Positions 28,580 through 41,894 of a stretch of DNA of 64,000 nt are shown here, one piece after another. Source of the DNA: Eledone cirrhosa (lineage: Eukaryota). Below the pieces are notes generated by a model that was given only the letters and a program-made list of their open reading frames with translations, made no database searches and had not been told where the DNA came from. The stretch is from positions 328,972,001 through 329,036,000 of the forward strand of contig OZ024743.1 of assembly GCA_964016885.1 (NCBI GenBank), written 5' to 3'. Positions within the stretch are counted from its first letter, which is position 1; each line of letters starts with the position of its first letter. The translations under genes were made by a program, and so were the position numbers.

Positions 28580-28772
28580 CTTCTTCGTAGCTCCCTTCTT
28601 CTTCTTCTTCTTCTTCGTAGCTCCCTTCTTCTTCTTCTTCTTCTTCTTCTTCTTCGTAGCTCCCTTCTTCTTCTTCTTCTTCTTCTTCTTCTTCTTCTTC
28701 TTCTTCTTCTTCTTCTTCTTCTTCTTCTTCTTCTTCTTCTTCTTCTTCTTCTTCTTCTTCTTCTTCTTCTTC
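28580..28772. repeat. (TTC)n microsatellite with gtagctccc interruptions
   Basis: Direct reading. Confidence 0.95.
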
Positions 28773-29113
28773 CCCACTACTACCACTACAGTCGAAACCA
28801 ACAATCAAACTGCTACCACCACTGTTGGACAACACTAACAGAGAACGACAGAAAACTACGGACAAAAATATGAACTTTTCTCTCTAAATATTTATATAAA
28901 AACTAAAAAAAATTTTTCTCTATTTTATTATTATTCGTATAAATATGCAATTTAACTGCTCTACACACTGCCGTCGTTGAAAAAAGCATATAAAGCTGAA
29001 ACCAGTACACGATTAAATGCGGAAATCCCCACTTTGTAAATACATGTTTTGATGTTATACTGAAAAAATCCCTCTACCATTTTCTACTGTATTTTTTCCC
29101 CTTTTTACTATTT

Positions 29114-29207
<94 letters not shown>

Positions 29208-30325
29208 TTATATATATAAGTAGAAGGGATATTTAATTTGTTGGAAATTCAACAAATATAAATGTTTATAACTGATTCAGAGCACTCGAAAGTTTTCTGG
29301 AGTGAATATTCAATGATATTAAATTTATGACTACCCAAAGAAAATTCAATTGATAAGGTATGTTTCCTTGGCTATGTCAACATTTATAAAACGCACTTTG
29401 TATTTTATCTGATAAAAGCGGACCAAAGTTTTTGGTACCCTTGAAATATATATAATAGAATAAATATGATTTTATAAATATAGCTTCCATTTATTTAATA
29501 TCATTATATATATATGCGTGTATATTTAATACATGCATACATTTATTTTTTTTAAAATCTAATTGAGTTCTTAACACGCGGGTTTAAATTTGTTGACGGA
29601 ATTTATCTCACCCACGTGTATATTATTTTACTTTCTTGTGTTTCGCGATTACCTCCCCTTTCCGCTTCGTGACGCTGTGTAGTTCCTCTTTCTGAGACTG
29701 CTGGAATTTCAAATTTGGTGCTCATTATGTTGCATGAAGAGATGGTTAGCTGACACAAAAAATAACATCGGTAGGGAATTTTTTCTTGTATCAATGTTTT
29801 ACGGGCGTCCACTGATGATTTATAAGTTCCCTCCTGCATGTATTCTTACGGAAATATATGTTGGCTTTTACATAACCCGGATACATTATCCCAACTTGTA
29901 AAAAACTTATAATGAAACAACTGTTTGGAAAGAGAGATATATATTTTAATTTTAATTGTATCTCATATAAAATAATACAGCTGGCTTTCCACAAAATACA
30001 TATAGTTAGCACCCCAAACATATAATTGGGATTATACTAAGGTATATCCTAATGTTTGTTGAGTGAGATGGTTGCCAGTCAGAGTATAGCTTAAGGCTTT
30101 CTCTGTTTATGTATTTAATATATATAGATATATATATATATATAGGAACAAGTATAACCCCGACGGCAGAGCTCAAGCCGTTTCGACAGAATTAGCCGTC
30201 GAAACTGCTTAAGCTCTGCCGTCGGGGTCATACTTGTTCCTATTACCCACTCTACCACCCTAAGTAGGACCATAAGGACCATAACGCACTTTGGTGCGTT
30301 ATGGTCCTTACCCCATTTCCTTCGT

Positions 30326-30353
<28 letters not shown>

Positions 30354-30357
<4 letters not shown>

Positions 30358-32651
30358 TAGACATAGAATATTCGAAAATATTCTGTATGTTTATAATAAA
30401 CATTTTGAAGACCTAATCGCTATAGAATAGAATACGTCACGTATTACAATTAGATTCTCGATAAAAGCAAGGGAAGTAATCTACGCGTTTCATTCTCGTT
30501 AGAAATCATCAGGACTACATATCCAGTGCTTTTATCGAGAATGACACAGCTAGAGACTTATAGAATACTTAGCTGTGAACAGGAACTGGTTTGAAAGAGC
30601 GGTTGCCGGTCCGGCAGAAATTAGAAATTGGAATAAATGCTCTGAAATAGCGATATATATGTGAATATAGACATAGAATATTCGAAAATATTCTGTATGT
30701 TTATAATAAACATTTTGAAGACCTAATCGCTATAGAATAGAATACGTCACGTATTACAATTAGATTCTCGATAAAAGCAAGGGAAGTAATCTACGCGTTT
30801 CATTCTCGTTAGAAATCATCAGGACTACATATCCAGTGCTTTTATCGAGAATGACACAGCTAGAGACTTATAGAATACTTAGCTGTGTACAGGAACTGGT
30901 TTGAAAGAGCGGTTGCCGGTCCGGCAGAAATTAGAAATTGGAATAAATGCTCTGAAATAGCGATATATATGTGAATATAGACATAGAATATTCGAAAATA
31001 TTCTGTATGTTTATAATAAACATTTTGAAGACCTAATCGCTATAGAATAGAATACGTCACGTATTACAATTAGATTCTCGATAAAAGCAAGGGAAGTAAT
31101 CTCCGCGTTTCATTCTCGTTAGAAATCATCAGGACTACATATCCAGTGCTTTTATCGAGAATGACACAGCTAGAGACTTATAGAATACTTAGCTGTGTAC
31201 AGGAACTGGTTTGAAAGAGCGGTTGCCGGTCCGGCAGAAATTAGAAATTGGAATAAATGCTCTGAAATAGCGATATATATGTGAATATAGACATAGAATA
31301 TTCGAAAATATTCTGTATGTTTATAATAAACATTTTGAAGACCTAATCGCTATAGAATAGAATACGTCACGTATTACAATTAGATTCTCGATAAAAGCAA
31401 GGGAAGTAATCTACGCGTTTCATTCTCGTTAGAAATCATCAGGACTACATATCCAGTGCTTTTATCGAGAATGACACAGCTAGAGACTTATAGAATACTT
31501 AGCTGTGTACAGGAACTGGTTTGAAAGAGCGGTTGCCGGTCCGGCAGAAATTAGAAATTGGAATAAATGCTCTGAAATAGCGATATATATGTGAATATAG
31601 ACATAGAATATTCGAAAATATTCTGTATGTTTATAATAAACATTTTGAAGACCTAATCGCTATAGAATAGAATACGTCACGTATTACAATTAGATTCTCG
31701 ATAAAAGCAAGGGAAGTAATCTACGCGTTTCATTCTCGTTAGAAATCATCAGGACTACATATCCAGTGCTTTTATCGAGAATGACACAGCTAGAGACTTA
31801 TAGAATACTTAGCTGTGTACAGGAACTGGTTTGAAAGAGCGGTTGCCGGTCCGGCAGAAATTAGAAATTGGAATAAATGCTCTGAAATAGCGATATATAT
31901 GTGAATATAGACATAGAATATTCGAAAATATTCTGTATGTTTATAATAAACATTTTGAAGACCTAATCGCTATAGAATAGAATACGTCACGTATTACAAT
32001 TAGATTCTCGATAAAAGCAAGGGAAGTAATCTACGCGTTTCATTCTCGTTAGAAATCATCAGGACTACATATCCAGTGCTTTTATCGAGAATGACACAGC
32101 TAGAGACTTATAGAATACTTAGCTGTGTACAGGAACTGGTTTGAAAGAGCGGTTGCCGGTCCGGCAGAAATTAGAAATTGGAATAAATGCTCTGAAATAG
32201 CGATATATATGTGAATATAGACATAGAATATTCGAAAATATTCTGTATGTTTATAATAAACATTTTGAAGACCTAATCGCTATAGAATAGAATACGTCAC
32301 GTATTACAATTAGATTCTCGATAAAAGCAAGGGAAGTAATCTCCGCGTTTCATTCTCGTTAGAAATCATCAGGACTACATATCCAGTGCTTTTATCGAGA
32401 ATGACACAGCTAGAGACTTATAGAATACTTAGCTGTGTACAGGAACTGGTTTGAAAGAGCGGTTGCCGGTCCGGCAGAAATTAGAAATTGGAATAAATGC
32501 TCTGAAATAGCGATATATATGTGAATATAGACATAGAATATTCGAAAATATTCTGTATGTTTAAAATAAACATTTTGAAGACCTAATCGCTATAGAATAG
32601 AATACGTCACGTATTACAATTAGATTCTCGATAAAAGCAAGGGAAGTAATC
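30354..32651 (-). repeat. 310-bp HHR-bearing tandem array (retrozyme-like), left arm, 7.4 units
   Basis: Units start at 30354 + n*310; HHR on minus at 30476-30518 + n*310 (7 copies, two with GUA->GGA at 31103 and 32343). Confidence 0.95.
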
Positions 32652-34585
32652 ATACAGAATATTTTCGAATATTCTATGTCTATATTCACATATATATCGC
32701 TATTTCAGAGCATTTATTCCAATTTCTAATTTCTGCCGGACCGGCAACCGCTCTTTCAAACCAGTTCCTGTACACAGCTAAGTATTCTATAAGTCTCTAG
32801 CTGTGTCATTCTCGATAAAAGCACTGGATATGTAGTCCTGATGATTTCTAACGAGAATGAAACGCGTAGATTACTTCCCTTGCTTTTATCGAGAATCTAA
32901 TTGTAATACGTGACGTATTCTATTCTATAGCGATTAGGTCTTCAAAATGTTTATTATAAACATACAGAATATTTTCGAATATTCTATGTCTATATTCACA
33001 TATATATCGCTATTTCAGAGCATTTATTCCAATTTCTAATTTCTGCCGGACCGGCAACCGCTCTTTCAAACCAGTTCCTGTACACAGCTAAGTATTCTAT
33101 AAGTCTCTAGCTGTGTCATTCTCGATAAAAGCACTGGATATGTAGTCCTGATGATTTCTAACGAGAATGAAACGCGTAGATTACTTCCCTTGCTTTTATC
33201 GAGAATCTAATTGTAATACGTGACGTATTCTATTCTATAGCGATTAGGTCTTCAAAATGTTTATTATAAACATACAGAATATTTTCGAATATTCTATGTC
33301 TATATTCACATATATATCGCTATTTCAGAGCATTTATTCCAATTTCTAATTTCTGCCGGACCGGCAACCGCTCTTTCAAACCAGTTCCTGTACACAGCTA
33401 AGTATTCTATAAGTCTCTAGCTGTGTCATTCTCGATAAAAGCACTGGATATGTAGTCCTGATGATTTCTAACGAGAATGAAACGCGTAGATTACTTCCCT
33501 TGCTTTTATCGAGAATCTAATTGTAATACGTGACGTATTCTATTCTATAGCGATTAGGTCTTCAAAATGTTTATTATAAACATACAGAATATTTTCGAAT
33601 ATTCTATGTCTATATTCACATATATATCGCTATTTCAGAGCATTTATTCCAATTTCTAATTTCTGCCGGACCGGCAACCGCTCTTTCAAACCAGTTCCTG
33701 TTCACAGCTAAGTATTCTATAAGTCTCTAGCTGTGTCATTCTCGATAAAAGCACTGGATATGTAGTCCTGATGATTTCTAACGAGAATGAAACGCGTAGA
33801 TTACTTCCCTTGCTTTTATCGAGAATCTAATTGTAATACGTGACGTATTCTATTCTATAGCGATTAGGTCTTCAAAATGTTTATTATAAACATACAGAAT
33901 ATTTTCGAATATTCTATGTCTATATTCACATATATATCGCTATTTCAGAGCATTTATTCCAATTTCTAATTTCTGCCGGACCGGCAACCGCTCTTTCAAA
34001 CCAGTTCCTGTACACAGCTAAGTATTCTATAAGTCTCTAGCTGTGTCATTCTCGATAAAAGCACTGGATATGTAGTCCTGATGATTTCTAACGAGAATGA
34101 AACGCGTAGATTACTTCCCTTGCTTTTATCGAGAATCTAATTGTAATACGTGACGTATTCTATTCTATAGCGATTAGGTCTTCAAAATGTTTATTATAAA
34201 CATACAGAATATTTTCGAATATTCTATGTCTATATTCACATATATATCGCTATTTCAGAGCATTTATTCCAATTTCTAATTTCTGCCGGACCGGCAACCG
34301 CTCTTTCAAACCAGTTCCTGTACACAGCTAAGTATTCTATAAGTCTCTAGCTGTGTCATTCTCGATAAAAGCACTGGATATGTAGTCCTGATGATTTCTA
34401 ACGAGAATGAAACGCGTAGATTACTTCCCTTGCTTTTATCGAGAATCTAATTGTAATACGTGACGTATTCTATTCTATAGCGATTAGGTCTTCAAAATGT
34501 TTATTATAAACATACAGAATATTTTCGAATATTCTATGTCTATATTCACATATATATCGCTATTTCAGAGCATTTATTCCAATTT
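32651..34585 (+). repeat. 310-bp HHR-bearing tandem array, inverted right arm, 6.2 units
   Basis: Reverse complement of the left-arm unit; HHR at 32832-32874 + n*310 (6 copies). Confidence 0.95.
32832..32874 (+). ncRNA. Type I hammerhead ribozyme of the 310-bp unit (representative copy)
   Basis: gtagtc CTGATGA t ttct aacg agaa t GAAA cgc GTA ^ gattac; stem I continues past an internal loop as the 16-bp helix attctcgataaaagca/tgcttttatcgagaat. Confidence 0.9.
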
Positions 34586-34719
34586 ATATATATATATGTA
34601 TATTTATATATATATATAAAGAGAGAGAGAGAATTAGTATATTTACTAGTAAGTAAGTTAATTTTTAATTTTTAAAATTTTCTTATTTTACGTCTTTCAC
34701 ATATATATATATATATATA

Positions 34720-34835
34720 CGTTGTAATAAAATGAAAACGAAATTTCATTTCTCACTCTTAGTACGGCACTTACTTAAATGTAAGTATGTATGTATACGT
34801 ACATACATATATGTATACAGACGTACAGTAGCATG

Positions 34836-34905
<70 letters not shown>

Positions 34906-35540
34906 CAGGTACACATACATATATGTACGCATCAGTTTAGCGGACGCTTATTATAGCGCCCGCTTTGTTCGTTTGTAAACAAACTGAACAGCCTGAATTT
35001 ATGCCGCACGGTGTTAAGGCAACCACGTCACCTTTTTGTTCAACACTGACACAGGAACGATGTACTAGTTTCAAGCTTGTTAGCTATCATCAGCACCGTA
35101 TACCCATCTGCCAGATAGTTGAACGTTCGAAAGTATATCCTTTCCTTATACATACATACTTACATTTAAGTAAGTGCTGTACTAAGAGTGAGAAATGAAA
35201 TTTCGTTTTCATTTTATTACAACTCATCGTTTTCGGTGCGCCTGACCGATTTAACTCACTCGATATGCAAATTAGGCTGCCCAGCCGTTAATTTTAATAA
35301 GGAAAGTATATACTTTCGAACGTTCAACTATCTGGCAGATGGGTATACGGTGCTGATGATAGCTAACAAGCTTGAAACTAGTACATCGTTCCTGTGTCAG
35401 TGTTGAACAAAAAGGTGACGTGGTTGCCTTAACACCGTGCGGCATAAATTCAGGCTGTTCAGTTTGTTTACAAACGAACAAAGCGGGCGCTATAATAAGC
35501 GTCCGCTAAACTGATGCGTACATATATGTATGTGTACCTG

Positions 35541-35586
<46 letters not shown>

Positions 35587-35649
35587 ATATGCATGCTACT
35601 GTACGTCTGTATACATATATGTATGTACGTATACATACATACTTACATT

Positions 35650-35650
<1 letters not shown>
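34720..35650. mobile_element. Family D complex inverted insertion with two intact HHRs
   Basis: HHRs at 35057-35099(-) and 35347-35389(+); extra inverted tail copy at 35148-35223. Confidence 0.85.
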
Positions 35651-35683
<33 letters not shown>

Positions 35684-35789
35684 TATATATATATATATAT
35701 ATATACTTCGATTTTGAATTTGTTTTGCGAGATTTCTTATCTGTAAATGTGTGTTGAAAGATATATTGTTTTACTTTAGGAGGTCATGC

Positions 35790-36660
35790 TGCCAATATAA
35801 CACATGCACCTGTTGGGTTTCACTTCAATTTATTGTAAATTTCCGGTTGGTTGGTTCGATAACCAGATGGTTGTTTATATATTGTCAAAGCTCTTTCGTC
35901 ACACATTCTGTGGTGCGGTGGACGGCGCGGGTGCAAGTGGGGGCGGGGTGGACAAGGGAGGGGGTAACCCTTCCGGGGGAAATGACAGACCAGAGAAAAG
36001 GCCTGGGTTTCAAAGTTCGCATCTCGGCTGCAAAGGCGGAGGATCCGGAAAAGTTGGGAGTAGGGAATGGAGTGTTTGGTGGTGTGAGTGGTGTGAGTGT
36101 GGTAGGAGGAGGTAAAGTCGAGGTAGGAGTGGGAGTCAGTAAGTTTGAAGAAAGCGGAGTTGATGTGTGAGTGGTGGGAGGAGTCGATGGCGACGGAGAT
36201 GTCCAAGAAGTGGACGGAGGTGGTGGAGATGGAGGCGGTGAAGTGGTGTGAGGGATAGAAGGAGCAGAGGAAAGAGTGAATAGAGTTTGTGGAGCTTGGT
36301 AGAGGTGAGGAAGGAGAAGGGTGACAGGTGGAGCGGAGACGAAGGAGGGTTGCGGTCGAAGTTTCGGATGGTAGAGAGGCAGGAACGGAGTGAGGTGTGC
36401 ATGAGGAGACGGGAGGAGTGGGTGAGGATGTGTTGGGTGATGAGGGAGGAAATGTGGAAGAAGAGTCGGAATCCGTGGGGGGTGAGATGGAGGCAGCAGG
36501 TGAGGAATTGGATGTGGCTGGAATGTCAGGTCTTAGCGTAGAGGAGGTAGGAGAGTTGGATAGTGGGTTGGCGGGTAGCGGGGTGGGGGAGGAAGGAGTG
36601 AGGAAGTATTTGAGGCGGGTGTGGAGTTGGTGGAGGAAGGATTTCAGGTTAGGCATGGTG
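35790..36660 (-). pseudogene. Internally deleted PLE RT relic (Neptune-like thumb)
   Basis: ORF 35820-36884 contains FT.SIS.TSVHFLDISV..KLTDSHSYLDFTSS..KHSIPYSQLFRILRLCS..KGYP. Confidence 0.7.
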
Positions 36661-37353
36661 AAGGACGGGGTGTCCAAAGGGGAGACAGTGATGAAAAAAA
36701 CAAACGAAAAACAAATAAAAAAAATAACAAATGGAAAACAAAAGGAGGGAAACAGGAAAATGAAAAAAAAAAAAAATACAAAGAGGAATGAAATCAAAGA
36801 GAAGAGGAGCAAAGTAATTAGGAAAATATCGGAAACATCGGAAAAAATTGTAAAAATTCGGACAAAAGTCAAGAGGTGAGTCACGGTAAATTGTAGAGGT
36901 GTTGAGCCAGTGACGAAGATCCTACGGGAGAAGACTGGTGGATCGGTGGTGATCTGTTGTAATCCAATAGTAGGTAATATCCAAGTCGAGGAGGCTGGAG
37001 GTCGTGTAAGCGTGGGTGAGATAGTTCAAAAGGAGAAACAAACAAATATATATATATATGTTTGTTGGTTATATCTAACGAGATGTTGAAGAGTCGGGAC
37101 CCGCCATTTTGATTGTACCCTGAACTGATCGATATCAAAAACAATTGTGATATGCCGATAAAGTATGTACTGTATATATGATGCAACACTGACTTCGATT
37201 CCACATACTTTATTTACATTCTGTACACTACAGCCGCCTTAACTTTGGTATACAACCCAACACGAGACGGATCTCGCAACAACATTGAATGATTCGCGCC
37301 GCCTGTAACACTGTAGTTACACACCTAGTTATAAATATATATATATATATATA

Positions 37354-37742
37354 TATAGAAAGATTTGAATGGATACAGTTTAGTTGAAAGGAATTTATTG
37401 ACACGTGTTTCTATAACAGTTACATAACCTAAAACAGCTATCTACAAACTTTTAGTTATGCAGACATTCAATATTTCAATGTTATTGTTTACTGTCATTT
37501 CATCAGAATAATATTACTGAGGACCTATTTAGTTTTTATAGAGAATATTAGGAGGAAGGGGTGAAGTTGTTAGAAGAATAGTTGAAGGAGTGGTTTTTCG
37601 ATAGCAGTGAGAATTCTTGGTGGCAGTGATTAATTAGATTCCCATCTGTTGTTTTGACATTTTTTGACAACCGTCGAGCAAACTCTACGTGAGCTGATAA
37701 TCTACTGTGTGTAATATTTATATTACAACACAACGGAAAAAA

Positions 37743-37745
<3 letters not shown>
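37354..37745. mobile_element. Solo, partly inverted copy of the PLE1 3' pLTR
   Basis: 37354-37665 matches 15531-15845; 37669-37745 is the reverse complement of 15421-15497; (TA)n flanks. Confidence 0.9.
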
Positions 37746-37835
<90 letters not shown>

Positions 37836-37896
37836 AATGAAGTAATTCCGTCGGAAAAGTCCAGGAAAACAGAGTGCTCTATGTAAGCAACAGAGC

Positions 37897-38100
37897 TTAA
37901 TTATTATTATGTAATAAACAACATAAGGCAATTATTCCATTTACCAGTGGTTTCTTAAAAGCAAAAGGTTTTGCTTTCAATCCTCAGAATGAAAAAATCC
38001 AGGATTTTTTCATTCTGAGGATTGAAAGCAAAACCTTTTGCTTTTAAGAAACCACTGGTTAATGGAATAATTGCCTTATGTTGTTTATTACATAATAATA
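37897..38100. mobile_element. Near-perfect palindrome with minimal HHR-like motifs lacking stem II
   Basis: Centre 38001; plus 38015-38043 CTGAGGA tt GAAA gcaaaa cc ttttgc TT, mirrored on minus; stem I weak. Confidence 0.6.
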
Positions 38101-38114
38101 ATAATAATATATAT

Positions 38115-38171
<57 letters not shown>

Positions 38172-38175
<4 letters not shown>

Positions 38176-38762
38176 GGAAAAAAATGAAACGAAATTTAAT
38201 TTCCCACTCTTAGTACGGCTGTTACTTAAATATAAGTATGTATACGTACATACATATATGTATACAGACGTAAAGTAGTATGTATATATATATATACATA
38301 CATGCACACATATATATATGTACGTATGGATTCACCGAACATTTATTATAATGCTCGGTGTGTTTGAAAAAAAACATCCCGTATTAAGCCGTAGTGTCTA
38401 GCAACCATCGTTGCTCATTTGTTCAACACTGACAAAGGAACGCTGTACTAGTTTCAAGCTTATTAGCTATCATCAGCAACGTATACCTTCCTGCCAGATT
38501 GATACTAATATACGTGCCAATGTATAAAATATAATAATAAGCTTGAAACTAGTACAGCGTTCCTTTGTCAGTGTTGAACAAACGAGCAACGATGGTTGCT
38601 AGACACTACGGCTTAATACGGGATGTTTTTTTACAAACACACCGAGCATTATAATACATGTTCGGTGAATCCATACTTACGTATATATGTGTGCATGTAT
38701 GTATATATATATACATACTACTGTACGTCTGTATACATATATGTATGTACGTGTACATACTT
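38172..38762. mobile_element. Family D head-to-head insertion (diverged copy)
   Basis: Minus HHR 38440-38482 with altered but still pairing stem I acgttg/cagcgt. Confidence 0.8.
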
Positions 38763-39142
38763 ATATATATATATATAAACAATGAGTTATTTGGCTTGTT
38801 GATTAATCAACAAAGTTAATTTTACAACAGATTAGAAGCACTCATCAGAATTTTTTTCGGAGTATCATTAATGTCAGTAATATTAATAAATCGAAAATAT
38901 CTTTATAAAACCATATTTATTTTATTATACGTATTTCAAGGGTACTGATATGTAAGTACGCTTTCAATCACTGAACTTATAACATGAAGTTCACATGAAG
39001 ATATGTTACTATCTTTACACCAATTATTATATTTTATGCATTGGCACATATATTAGTATCCTTGAAATACGCATAATAAAATAAATATGGTTTTATAAAG
39101 ATATTTTCCATTTATTAATATTACTGATATATATATATATAT

Positions 39143-39655
39143 ATTATAAAATAACAGGACGCTGGACTGGTGTAATTCCTTAAAAGGTTTATTATACTAT
39201 GATCATTTCAATGACCGGGTTTAGTATGAATCCGGTGACATCATCAGGTATTCGAAATATAACAAAGGAATATAATAGACAAAATCCACGGGGCTGAAAA
39301 TCAGAGACATGAAGATGACTGAACATTTAACAGCTTCTACCCCTGTCGGCCTGATTTTCAGCCCGATAGATTTTGTCTATTATATTCCTTTGTTATATTT
39401 CGAATACCTGATGATGTCACCGGATTCATACTGAGCCGGTCATTGAAATGATCATAGTATAATAAACCTTTTAAGGAATTACACCAGTCCAGCCTCCTGT
39501 TATTTTATAATAATTAACACCGTACTCGCAACACCAACTACACAAACGAAGACGGGTGAGTTGCATTACGTTGAGTGCTCTCCATAATATTACATCGAGG
39601 TTGACCATACGGAATGACCAGTTCTATCCAGTGGGGAACCAACAAACCTAAATAA
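39143..39655. mobile_element. Family G HHR element, head-to-head
   Basis: HHRs 39194-39251(-) and 39404-39460(+): atac CTGATGA..accgg/ccggt..GAAA tgatca TA ^ gtat AATAAA; second copy 47468-47930; diverged tail at 8706-8865. Confidence 0.85.
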
Positions 39656-39659
39656 ATAA

Positions 39660-39725
<66 letters not shown>

Positions 39726-39731
<6 letters not shown>

Positions 39732-40343
39732 TATACAATTATCAAAGTTGTGTTCAAATCATTTAATAGCTGACAATCGTTTCTTCCAAACTCTCGTTTA
39801 GAGTCATCGGAGTATTATCAATGTTTGCACATATAATTGCCCCCCTATTCAACTGAACTTTCTCAAAACTGCTTTCTCAATGCCTCGTTAATATTTGGAC
39901 TATTCCCTTGTTTTAACTGTTGCATGTATTCCACTCAGTGCTTTTAATTTTGATTTGAATTTGAACTTGAATGTTTGTACAATTATTGTACAATTCTCGT
40001 AAAATATATGTCACATCCACTCCACCCTGTAAATACGAAACTGTTGCTCACAACATCAATTTAAATGTATCTATATTATTGTTCAGTTGAATAGGAGGGC
40101 AATTATATGTGTAAACATTGATAATGCTCCGATGACTCCAAACGTGTGTTTGGAAGAAACGATTGTCAGCTATTAAATGATTTGAACACAACTTTGATAA
40201 TTGTATAATTTATTTATTTAACTGCTCTGTAAAACAACTGATGTTCATACATTGAGCTATTTCTCTTACTGGTAATAAGGTAATTAAGAAATTACTGACC
40301 TTCCTGTTTATAGTTGTTTATACTATATACATAACTAAAAATA

Positions 40344-40344
<1 letters not shown>
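39726..40344. mobile_element. Family I element, head-to-head, HHR with CCGAUGA core
   Basis: Arms 39726-39858 and 40081-40213; plus 40123-40174 aatgct CCGATGA c tccaaac/gtttgga a GAAA cgatt GTC ^ agctatt. Confidence 0.75.
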
Positions 40345-40402
<58 letters not shown>

Positions 40403-40405
<3 letters not shown>

Positions 40406-41258
40406 GGTGTTGCATGCTTAAAGCGTCCTATATGCGGTGGGCTTTATGAGCACTCAATGCCCTCGTAAACCAGAGTATGATATCACAGAAAAAATAGAAT
40501 CAGTGTTGCGACGAAAGGAATTTATTGGCCATATTACAATTGTTTCTCGGGTGACCAGCTAGAGGCACGATCGATATGGTGATCAAACCTGACTCTGAAA
40601 TCACACGGTCGTCGGATACGTCTCGATTCTACGAAGTAGATTTTCCTATAACCCTTTAACATCGAATTTCTTCGTTTGTTGATTTAGATCCTGTTGTTGT
40701 CCTTCCATGAGTGGTCAAGAATTGTACACGTCACCGGTATTTCTAGCCACTCATGGTTTCCCACTTCTTGCTTCTTCTCGTTCTCCACCTGTCAATCACA
40801 ATATCTTCATGTATCAGAATTACTACTGTGGTCGGAGAGGGGTTGTAATCTTGAACGGCTGGCATCACTTCGACGTCTTCATTGTCCCTAGGTACCTTAG
40901 TCTACATCGGTCAGGTACACACCCGCAATTATGCTGTATGCGGCATTCATCATAAATAATGTTTTGCGGGAATTAAAAAAAAAACCAAATCATAGGGATA
41001 TTTAGCGTAACATTTGTGGGACACAGCCTTAGGATACACTCCACCATACATATTTCAAAAAGGAGAAGAAAAAGAAAAAGAAAAAGAAAAAGAAAAAGAA
41101 AAAGAAAAAGAAAAAGAAAAAGAAAAAGAAAAAAACCTGTATCTTATAACTTTACTTTAATATCAAGAACGTGCCTCTAGCTGGTCACCCGAGAAACAAT
41201 TGTAATATGTTCAATAAATTCCTTGCGTCGCAACACTGATTCTCTTTTTTCTGTGATA
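40403..41258. mobile_element. Family F element, head-to-head, long-stem-II HHR
   Basis: Minus 40530-40620 cgtat CCGACGA [about 60 nt] GAAA caatt GTA ^ atatg; inverted arm 41170-41258; homologous to 41895-42275. Confidence 0.7.
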
Positions 41259-41344
41259 TATATATATATATATATATATAATTATATATATATATAATCA
41301 TATATATATATATATACTCAGAGAGGAAGAGAGAGAGAAAGAGA

Positions 41345-41503
<159 letters not shown>

Positions 41504-41791
41504 TCAATCAAAAATAGATAGACAGATACAGGCAGACGGATATAGATAGATGCATATATATTGGAGTGAGAAGAGAGTGGAAGAGGAAAGAAAGAGAGAG
41601 GGATAAAAGAGGGATGAGAAAGAGAGGACATTTAGTTGTATTTGATTAAACCAGAAAACATCTGCAAGTGATGTAGTTTCTAAGCGACCCAAATATGTTA
41701 GGAAACAGTTACATCCCGGTTGAATTACCATGTGTGAATCTTACAGCTTCCTACATATTCTAAATTATTCAATATTTATATATATATTTAT

Positions 41792-41848
<57 letters not shown>

Positions 41849-41894
41849 CACACACATATATATATATATTATATATATATATATACATATATAT

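Noticed and set aside
30354-34585. Array as CRISPR or as rRNA/tRNA/snRNA tandem genes
   Set aside because: No unique spacers or cas genes, eukaryotic context, and no recognisable 5S/tRNA/snRNA sequence; the HHR explains the unit.
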